The notes under the pieces were generated by a model. It saw nothing but the letters and a program-made list of their open reading frames with translations. It made no database searches and was not told the origin of the DNA. From Paragordius varius (taxonomy: Eukaryota > Animalia > Nematomorpha), in the NCBI GenBank assembly GCA_964247055.1, contig OZ176059.1:3534001-3598000 (forward strand): a stretch of 64,000 bases of DNA. Direction: 5' to 3'. The translations under genes and the position numbers were made by a program. Each line of letters starts with the position of its first letter. The stretch's first letter is position 1. Positions 53,501 to 64,000 of the stretch are shown one piece after another.

Positions 53501-56452
53501 ATATGTAGTTAAAACAATGAAACTAGCAATAATATTTGTAATATATTTTTACCCAATTTCTCGATAAATAACATACAAATTTTTAGTGTGACTTTCAATT
53601 TTCTTAATTGAATTCTAATGGTAGTTATTTTAAAACACTTCTGACATATAGATATATATATTTTTATTATATTTTGGTTGCAAATGGGTTTTTCATTTCA
53701 AACTAGAGAGAAAGATTAAAAAGTATATACCTTGTTTTTGTATATGATATGCTTTTTTAACACAAGGAATAAGATATAAGTAAATAACATATCTGTAATC
53801 ATTTAGCTTTATAGTATGGAAAAAAATTTAATTGTGACTCGTATTGGAATCAAACAAACTAACATATTTACGGAGAACTTATATGAATCACTTTAAATAA
53901 TTTACTTGGGGCATGTAAAATATTTCGGATAATATAATTTGACAGAATATAACTTTAAGTAAAAATATAAGCGCTATTTTTATATAATATTGCCGAAGCA
54001 AAAAAGACAATAATGAATGGAGGGGCGGATAAAGCTACACTCGTTAGTAGATAAATAATTAAATTACAGTATAATTTTGAATTTATACAGATGATAAAAC
54101 ATAAAGACAAATATTTTTTCAAAAGACCGCTGTACTTTTAAAAACTTGATATAAAAATAACTCATTATTTAAAACTATAAAGTTGAAAATAGAGATGTAT
54201 ATTGGTAACACAATCAATTATATATACAGTTGCCAATTTAATAATTTATATAAGGAAAAATAAGGTTTAAAAAAATTATGAATATCTTTAAAAAAATATA
54301 TTGTTTGTCCGTGTAATTCAAATAGATGCTTATTGTTCTCTTTATATTTAATATATAAAATTATCTTTTAAGTAACTTTATAATACAATTATTATTAGAC
54401 GCAATTATAATTTAAATAAATGTGGATATTATTTAACTTTTGATATGGTATATTTTATTAAATATTAGTGGGTACTTTTGCTATACATATACATAATGTT
54501 TTATTAATCTAAAATTAAATTTTTGCCTAAAAACTATAAATATAATTAATAAATTAAGAAAAATATTAATTTATTACTTTATAAATTAGTCTGTAATTTA
54601 TTATAGCTTTATAATTGTATTAAACCAGAAAATATTTTTGATGAAAGTTAAATGTTTCATTCCAAAAAATATCACTAAAATATATCAACTACATATAAAA
54701 AGCAAAAAAAATAATATCAAAATTTATTAAATTTTTAGAAGTAGGCCCAGATTCCCAAGTATGTTTGGTATTTTAAAATGGGTTAAGCCTTTTAAAATAA
54801 ACGCACAAATGCCGAGATTGCGCGATAAATTTTAAATATATGCTAATATATAGAAATTTATAAAAATGGAAATTTTTAAATTCTATTTAGCAAAATTTTA
54901 TTGAAGCGTACTTTATGCTATTAGAGGTATGGTAACAGTATAAAAGTGTTTATGATATTATATAAGCATTTTTTCTACATAGTTCGATGATCTAAACATA
55001 ACTTCACCACAGAACTTCGTCTGTTTGTCTTCAAGTTAAATATAAATTTCTTTTCAATCTCGAAAATTTGAAAGCAAATACTTTTATAATTAAAATTTTT
55101 AACCGTTCAAAATGTTCACTATTGATTTATATAGAAATAGTTTTTGTATATCTTAAGGTTTTTAAACCATTTCCATAAAATTAATTTAAAAAACGAGTAC
55201 CGATTTCGGACAAATTTTTGTCAAATAAAAAACAAACCTATAAAATCCAAAATTTAGCATGTTAATTTTAAAAATAGCAGAGCCATACATTACCTTTATT
55301 TTAATTAAACAGATGGCATAATATTTTTTGATTCTATATTAAATAATATTCGGGGTTAAAATGAAATAACTGTGTTTACCAAAATATTTTTTCTTTTATA
55401 AGGTATAAATATTCACTTTTTTGTTACTTTTATGATGTTAGTAAGCATAAAATATTTAATCATTATATATATAAAAATCTTTATAAATAGCGTAAATAAA
55501 TTTAGCAATGGCGAAGGCCTGTTTTGAATTTTTATCAATATGATGAAAACAGTTTTACACGCGATTTATATGTGGGTCTTATTAAAAAGTTTTGTTTATA
55601 TTATTTGTAGATATCCGTGCATCTTTATAAATCCCTAAATAAATTTAGCAATGATGAAAAGCTTAAGGTCTGGAAGGCTTTAGCCAAGAAATGATCAATA
55701 TTAAATATTATTAATATACTCATTTATTGTGTAAAAATAAATTATTAATAAATTATGTCAAATTAATTCGTTTCTCCGATCTACTCCTGTCTGATGGCTA
55801 TTCGATATAAGAGCTGTCTGATCTTCTGATATAAACTTTGCTAACTCATTCTCGTCATTTATGGTTTTATAGAAATATATATTACTAAATTCAAACCAAA
55901 TTTAAAAATAATCGATAGTATTCCTGATGATATTAGCATTTAAATGGTTTCAGAGGAAAATTATATGATGTCATATTCTGAATTCTAGAAAAAACATATC
56001 AGTAGGATTTCTTAAATATTCAGTTGAACTTGGTTATAAACTTGAGCTGACTACTTATTCTTGCCTAAATATATAAAAATAAAGCACAAAACATTATAAT
56101 CTTTAACAAGCATTTCCCGAAAAATATTTTTTGATACATGTCACATAATTTCTATAACCTACCATATACATATATTAAATTTACTTTATTTAGGCTAATA
56201 CAGTTTTCACATTCAAAAAATTCATCCTAGTTTTCAAGATATCGGCTTTTGAAATAACCTTAATCCTGAAAAAACCAGGCTCAAAAATTCCTCCATCTCA
56301 ACAGGATGAGGATGGCTTATTCACCACTTTTAATAATCCAGGTGAATGAGCCGGCTCAACTGGCTTCACATGGCCCTAAGTCAATTCTTGGTCTGTAAAG
56401 ATTTATTGCATCCTTTATAAATTATTTTCTATAAATGAAACATAAATTATAG

Positions 56453-57167
56453 AATTCGGGGACTCGACCTACAAACTGTGGTGTCATCTCGATACTAAAC
56501 TTTATAAAGTAGAACTCAAAAATCAACAAGAAACTTATATTGATGATCCATCTAAACCGGCCTCATTTCTTAATTTATTGGAAAATGAAGACTTTACAAA
56601 CGATGATTTACGGAGAATTTTGAACACTTCTTTCCATAACCTTTGTTATTTAAGGGAACATAAAAACGAAAATCAACAAAATAATAATTTAGACTATGAA
56701 AATAAAAATAATACGAAAATCAACAAAGATACCCTAATTATTGATTTGGTAGGAGAACAGACGGAACCTTTAGATCTTTCGCTGAAAAACCACCAAAAAT
56801 AGAAAAAAATAATCGATTTCGACCAAATGTGCATTTATATGGCAAAAATGAGAGCCAAATCGATAGTAATTTTAACGTAAAGCCTAAAAGAATAAATAAT
56901 ATGATAGCGAGCCCGGGAAAAATGTATGAATGTATCCAATGTAACAAAGTATATAAAACGGGAGCGGGATTATATTTTCATAATAAATCATTTAATGAAC
57001 AAATTAAATATCCGTGCAAGATTTGTTGTAAGATGTTTTCTCGCAGTAGCTCTCTTACTCAGCACATTAAGTCGGTTCATGAGAAAATTAAACATAAATG
57101 TCCGATTTGCAAAAAGGAATATACTGGAAAAGGCAATACCAAGCATATTAAAAATTTACATAATTGA
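56453..57167 (+). pseudogene. Zinc-finger family copy 8, divergent linker, no exon 1 nearby
   Basis: N-terminal domain and PLDLS intact; 1-nt deletion near 56790; linker unlike paralogs; finger 1 lacks the second His and finger 3 has a deletion. Confidence 0.8.
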
Positions 57168-57618
57168 ACACTTAATTCAACATATAATATATTAAATGTA
57201 GCATTAAATATATTTTGTTCAAATATCCATTTCGTAAAATGATATTGAGATTCATATTATTTTATGAGACGTTTATTGCAATACGCATGTTCGTTAATAG
57301 AATATTTAAAATGCTATTGAACCTGTGATTTATTCTGGAGTTTTTTATTGTAAAAAGAATGTAAAAATCTAAATTATACCGACAAAAACTAATATAAAAA
57401 CAAATATTTTTTCTATAGGATATCCATAACTTTTATATTTCTTAATTATAACTGATTGTCTTACACCGCAGATTGTAAAATAGAGTTAGATTAGTAATGC
57501 AATCAATTTATTCAAATAATTTTCATAGGAAAAAATGAATTTTAAAATTTATGGATGTTTTAAAAAAAATTGTATATATTTTTTAAATTTAGTCCGTATA
57601 ATATCAATTTTAACAGTA

Positions 57619-57918
57619 CAGAACTCACTTTATTGTTGGCCAATTAGCAATACAGTAGCGTATGATATAAAAAATTGTATATAAATTAATGAACAAAGTT
57701 AATTTTATTTAATTTTTGAAAAAGTATAATGAAGTGTGCACACTAATTTCGGAAATAAAGGTCCTAATATTTTTAAACAATTTACATAAAGCAAATAAAT
57801 AAGTTTAATGTTCTATAAAATGTTTATTTCACACCGTTTGTTGTTTATTATTTACACGTTACTGTATTGCCAATCGGCCAAGAATAATGTGAAGTAGCCA
57901 ACAATAAAGTGGGTACTG
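57619..57918. mobile_element. MITE-2, best-preserved copy
   Basis: ta|cagaactcactttattgttggccaattagcaatacagtagcgt ... acgttactgtattgccaatcggcc..gccaacaataaagtgggtactg|ta. Confidence 0.78.
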
Positions 57919-60241
57919 TATATACTAAACTCTTAGTTTTCTATCTATATAACAAATAAACTCTACGGTTTAATCAGTCTGGCCCGCTTTTTCAATGTAA
58001 TTAATTATCAGCTTAAACTTTTCCTATTACTTATTATACTTTTTAAACAACCGCTAATCACTAAGAGACTAAAACTATAAAATATTTGTATAAAATCAAA
58101 AATAAGATTAAAAAAATTAGAAATCTTTTGGCGATATACACCTATTTCCTATAATAGCACAACTTAATTTCTAAAATGATTTAAACTTTTATAAAATTAA
58201 TAATTATTAAAAGTTTATTTTATATAAACAAAAACATAGAAACAATATATGAGAAATAAAAATGACATTATAATATAATCCAACCTACAATCATATCCCA
58301 GATATAATTAAAATTTTAAGGACGTATAGGATACAAAAAAGTTTGAGAGAGATATGTAAATTGGTGACGATAAAAAATAATACAATTGGAATTATATATG
58401 TGTAGAGTTTTGAAAAAATATGGTTGTCTTTGTAAAAAAAAATTTATCCTACGTTTTGTCCGTATTTTTAAGTTTTACTTTATTTGAACAAAGTTTAGAT
58501 AAATAATATATTTTCGGCCATCAAAACGCTTAACTCGCTTTTGTTAGCTGCTAAATATTTATAAATTAAAGATTTTAAGTAAATATATATTTCCATCCAT
58601 GTTAAATTAATTTATCCGATTTCATAAATAGATGGCAAATATATGAGAAAAATATGCATGGCTGTCAATATTAAGGCATTAATTGAAAATTTTTAACATC
58701 AGAAAATTGTCGAACTAGTATGGCTCTCCAATCAATGAAAAAATATGTCATATATAGCCATTAATATAATACAAATATAAGTAAGCCTCCTTTTATATTC
58801 GTTTGTGAAATCCTCATACTTTAACAAACTTTTTCTAATTTTTGGCTAACATTACACTTAATATAAAAAAACACTTTCAAATAGAGGGTAATTAATGCTA
58901 TTGATTGAAGAAGGAAAATAGATTGAATATATTGTAATCGGTTAATATTAATCATTTAAATTTTTAAAATGTCCTCACCCGTACAAGATATGTTTTATAA
59001 AAAAATATAAACGAAATTAGGGTATATAGTTGTAGTTTTTGTTTTTAACATGTTTAGATATTTTAAATTGGCGCATATTAGTGTTATGATTATTTATATT
59101 TAAAATAAACCAATTAATACAATGGTCCTTTGTTTTGTATTCAATTAAATTTTAATATTTATCCAAAGATTTAATTTTTATTATAAGTTTTTAATAATAA
59201 CATGGAGAAACTTTCCTTTCTGTTCCTGATGCCCAAATATAGGTTGAAACCTTACAATCTATTTAAAGAAAATGTTAAATCGCGTTTTTAAATTTTTTAT
59301 TATGATATATATGTTCTTTTAATAGATGGAGCAATAACCTAATTATCTATCACATATCCACATATTATGAAATAATTTAAAAAAAAATAAAAATGTTAGT
59401 TATTTATTTTGTATGTAAAATATTTTTTGCAATTAAAACAACATTAATTTGTTTTATTTGTTTCTAGAAAACCAAAATTTATTTTTCATTCATATACACC
59501 TTTATTGAGTCTAACATAATATATTTAGATTTAAGAGAGTTTTGCTTAAATAAATTAAAAATAGGTTATTTTTATAACAAAACATAAAGAAGATGGCAAT
59601 ACTTAATTTCAATTGGATTTAAATTAAATTTTAAAAAAATACTTTTATAGCGATCTTCATAAAACCATAAAAACAAATATTATCTTTTTAGGTAAAAATT
59701 TATATATATTTATTTGATGTATTAAAATTTATTTATGTAATAACCGTTGACTATTTGCTCTGAACTAATTCTCAACTTCAACTAGCAGAAATTCAAATTT
59801 TTAACCAAATTTAATTTAGCTATACATTATTTTATAATTTACGCTACGTAAATTTAATATGCATAGGGTGGAATATATTCTGATTTTGTAATGGAAAACG
59901 CGTTATCTTTCACTTTAACAAGTGAATAGTCAAATTATTTAATAATGTGTGCGTATATAATTAAAAATATAATAGAAAACAGTCGCTGGTTAAACATCGA
60001 ATGTTTATATATGCAATTGTTTAAAATCTGTGTATTTTATTTATAAAACATTTCTGACATCTAATTTTTAAATATAATTTTATAAATTTTTTACTTTAAT
60101 TACTAACCTTTATTATATTTATAAATATAATTTGGCATATGAAAAATGGGTTTGTGAATATTATATATTTAGATTAACAATAATTTTTAATATGTACAAT
60201 TTTTATATCCTGATTTTCCTAAAAAACTCATTAATTTAAAC

Positions 60242-60620
60242 CAGTGGTTCTCAACTATTTTTTGTTCACCCCCCCTCCCCCAAAATCAATCATTTACTAC
60301 CTCCCCTTCGCAAAATAGATGAAAAAAATTTTAAAATAAATCATGTTGCCTCAATTATTGAAAATTTATTTTATATCGACAATTGATAATTTGCACGTGA
60401 ATCCTCATTAATCAATTTTTATGATTTTTTATTTAATTAAGACTGAACCACTTCAGCATTAAGTTGATCCAAAAGGTGTCAAAATACATATAATTTGAAC
60501 ACATATACAGGCTTTTATTCAAAATTTTTCGATATAAAAATAAGTAAAATATTTTTTTAGTTGAATTATATTTCAACTAATGACCTCTTCCACTTCTATT
60601 AGAAAAATGTTAACATCTCC
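60242..60620 (-). mobile_element. hAT (Buster/Charlie-type) 3' end with decayed dimerisation-domain coding sequence
   Basis: TIR CAGTGGTTCTCAAC at 60242 next to atttaaac; the minus strand reads LTPFGST*C*SG-SVLIK, like the PFxSTYxCExxFS motif. Confidence 0.55.
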
Positions 60621-60702
60621 AAATGGATTAACTGATAATAATACTAAGAATTACACGTGTTAATTGTGTAAAAGCGAGCAACGGGCATTAGAAACAAAAA
60701 TA

Positions 60703-60953
60703 CATTAAAAACTGATATTATATGGACGCAACGTAAAAAAATAAAGACAAATTTTTTTATAAAATATAACCATATTTTTTTAAATCATTATATCCTATAT
60801 TAAATATAACCGAAAATATGTAATTTGTGTTACCAATGTACATTTCTACTTTATTCCTTTGCAACTCAATGTTTTATATTTAAAATAAACAAGAATTGAA
60901 AAGTAGGGTTGTCTTTTAGAAAAAAATATTTGTCTTTATTACTTTTCCGTATA
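60703..60953. mobile_element. MITE-1; further degenerate copies near 5300-5561, 25010-25270, 26300-26560, 42545-42770, 43950-44214, 54067-54320, 57359-57616
   Basis: Shared aaagacaaatattttt..aaagacaaccatac / gtatggttgtctttt arms. Confidence 0.65.
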
Positions 60954-63900
60954 CAGTATTAGTAAATATATATTGCAAGAAAGTTATTAATTATTGCCAA
61001 CAAAGAAAATTATTATTGGCCAATAATAGTTAAAATTAGAAAAAATATATAAACCAATAATACTACCCTTTGTTGTATATGCTATTTGGCAAGAATTAAT
61101 AAATTTCTAGCAATGTATACTTACTCCTTTAATTATTTTAACTGTATGTATGAATTACATAATTGTCCATTCTGTCTTTATTTAAAATTTTTAATCGATA
61201 TTTTTATATATTAAAGAAGCTGTAAAAATAATTAAATACAGTATGCATGAATTTGACAATCTAATATTCATTACTCCCCATAATGTTACTTTTATAATTT
61301 GCATTAAATAATATAAAATAAACTCTTTTTAAAAAAGATTAAACATTGTGTTTACTAACATAATTTATTGACTCAAAATCCCGCCTCCTATTTTTAGTTT
61401 AACTCTGCAGCTTTATGAGTTTTTTTGCTCTTCAGAAACAATAAATTAAAAAAGTTTAAATTCAATAATAGATCCTAATAGTTAGCCATTTATATCTACA
61501 CTTTTTGTCATTTCACCCCTTTACTTCTTTTATGTGACAACTTTTTTTCGTGTACTGCCATTTTATATAAAATTTATTTTTAGCTTTTCGAAAATGATTT
61601 TACTATTATTTATGGAAAAATAGTAGTTATAGATTAAATTTTATTTGTCGGTATTAAATGATAACAAAGCACTGTTTTTAACGTTTTAGCTCAATTATTT
61701 AATGAATATATTGCTTATATATTTATAACACAGCTTTTTTCAAAAGTATACATTATATATTTGTAAATAATATTAATTATTAACTTTTATACAAATAGAG
61801 ATTGATATACTTAAAAATATAAAATATATTTTTGTTTAAAATAGATGGCGTCTATTTCATCCCATTATTTACCAATTAAGAGTTTGAATATATCACCAAT
61901 AAAAACATAGACGGACCACACTAGACAATATTTTCTTGAGTTTATTTGTACACTATATAATATTAAAAAATTTATTTTAAAACTTAATTAGTGATATGAT
62001 GTTATATAATATGCAACAAAACATAACTCTATTTTATATATTACAGTAAAATATGTAATTATCCGGAAGAATTTTTTAACTAACAGACATAATCTTTTTA
62101 TAAGAGACAGAGTGTTTAAATCAAAAGATTATAATTTTAAATTTTTTTTTCATACGTACAAATTTTCGATTATACGGACAAATTTTTTTACGGACATAAA
62201 TCCGAAATATAATAGGGTAAGAGGAGCACTTATCTATAACAATTGACAACATTTCTGCCACTCGAGTTTTTTCATTTTTTGATATTTAGTATTATTCTAA
62301 CAGTAAGTCTAAAATAAAAATTATAACTCCTTCTAAGAATTTTGTATAATTTGATTTATTTAATTATGCGCCCTCTTTATCAAAATTAAAATGTTTTTCT
62401 TTGAAAATATACAAGTAATGCCCATTTGTAATATATCATTCGAAAAAGTAATAAAAACTCTATAAAATGTATACTAATATGTATTACAACGACAGTTAAT
62501 ATTGGACACAAAGAGCGACAAACGCGCGAAGCGAGAGCATTTTTTTTAAATATTATATTTTTAAAACTAATGGATGAAAATAGCTCAAACTTTGTTTAGA
62601 TGGTGATGAATGTCCAAAAAAGATAACACAAGAAAGTTTTTTTGATTAAAACTTTTTTATTGCTTTTATGTCACTCAAAACAGCCAAGTTTTTTAAAAAT
62701 TACCATCTCATCAATATTAATTTATTTTCTTTACGAGGCTGATAATTTCAAAATTTTAAAGATAAAAACAAAATTTAAGGTACTTTTGATCTTTTAGAGC
62801 CATTTACAGTTATAACTATGCATTTTAGTATCCACTAGGTAAAATATTTATGATAATAATAATTTTTATTAAAAAAACAAACCAAAAGCTTTTTCAAACA
62901 TTTTTTTAAATTAAATACTAATATAACCCTAATAATTATATTAAAATAATTTATATGATTTTCAAATTAGTTTGTCTGTGAAAATTCTTGACTTATTTAA
63001 GGATTGAAAATTTTGACCATTCAAATCCAAATAACTTTTACATCCGATTGATTTAAACGACTTACTACCATTTAAAAGATGCAGTTTTTTGCGCTCTTTC
63101 GAATGATATAAAATACATGGCTTCATATCTAAAACTTTTAATTTTCGAAATTTCGAGTTTAATGTTAAATCGGGGCCAAAAATTATCGATAAACTCTAAT
63201 ATAAAAAAATTATTGTATGCTAGACCAATTTTCTTTTCAGATATACTAGTTATGTACTTTGATGAAATAAATTTTAAATTTACAAGAATGGCAGTTAAAA
63301 AAAATAAAATTTGTTGTCTAGTGTTATTCTGCCTGAAAAGAAGATCTGAAAATTGATATTATTTTGCAATCATAACGTATGTTTTCGCTTTTGTTGGTTG
63401 TTGATCATCTATAAACCGAATATTTAGATAATTTTTTTATTTCTATGTTAAAGAATGAATTAACCTACTTCTATAAATAGATGGCACGTATATAATTAAA
63501 ATATGTTACTACTGTTATATTAATATTCTAACTTTAATTCATTGTTTTATTAGCTTAATTGAGGGAATATTTCCCCTTTTGATTTGTCTTAAAATTATAT
63601 TATTTTAAGTTAATGTAATAATTAAGCTAGATTTAATCTTGATTAGTAATGTCATAATACAAGAATTACAGTCATGTAGACTTTATTTTATCAAAAATTT
63701 TTGTTTTCGTTAAATGCGTATAAAATATTTGTTAAAGAATATAAAATAAGAGCTATATTGTAAAGAAGTGTGGGGGAAGGGCGTCGGAAATTTTTGGTAA
63801 AAATGAAAATCTAAAAATATTTTTAAAGGGGAATGGTTATATTTTGTTAATTTTTTAGCAAAATTTTATATATTTTTTATTTTGATAAAATATTTATTCC

Positions 63901-64000
63901 ACACCTAGATTCAAATTATGGCATCCAAATATACCCCAGACTAAATTTGAGTTAGTATTTTTAATAATCTAGTGAAAAAAAATATATAAATATGCCAAAA

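Noticed and set aside
55770-56060. Possible RT-like peptide remnants (GFRGKLYDVI; ISEDQTALI on the minus strand)
   Set aside because: Too short, on opposite strands, and no catalytic motif.
62505-62545. cgcgcgaagcgag resembling a Helitron 3' hairpin
   Set aside because: No CTRR follows; 62500-63350 may be a non-autonomous DNA transposon but I could not define its ends.
1-64000. tRNA, rRNA, intact snRNA or spliced-leader RNA genes
   Set aside because: None recognised by eye; a covariance-model scan would be needed to exclude divergent copies.
1-64000. Assignment to a specific organism
   Set aside because: AT richness, TE content, PLDLS and tiny-intron candidates fit several reduced animal parasite lineages; the sequence alone cannot decide.

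Overview
Very AT-rich (about 80% by eye) eukaryotic, probably animal, DNA; not prokaryotic. ORF-track 'M' starts at TTG/GTG are artefacts. The window is a repeatedly duplicated and rearranged cluster built around a family of C2H2 zinc-finger genes: 8 copies plus 2 fragments, of which only 46953-48845 is intact. Each protein has an unrecognised, highly conserved ~75-aa N-terminal domain, a PLDLS (CtBP-binding-type) motif and 3-5 variable fingers. The start codon appears to lie in a 4-nt first coding exon (ATG G|gt) about 1.0-1.3 kb upstream. The genes are interleaved with decayed U2 snRNA loci and with pieces of a restriction-like-endonuclease non-LTR retrotransposon (NeSL/Utopia type) whose junctions match U2 broken at about nt 38/39. 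Also present: two RTE-clade LINE remnants, hAT (Buster-type) remnants and MITEs, two abundant TA-flanked Tc1/mariner-type MITE families, a 2.2-kb non-autonomous Helitron and a small transposase-like HTH gene that needs 22- and 24-nt introns to be read. All calls come from reading and hand-aligning the sequence, with no database searches; boundaries of degenerate elements are approximate.
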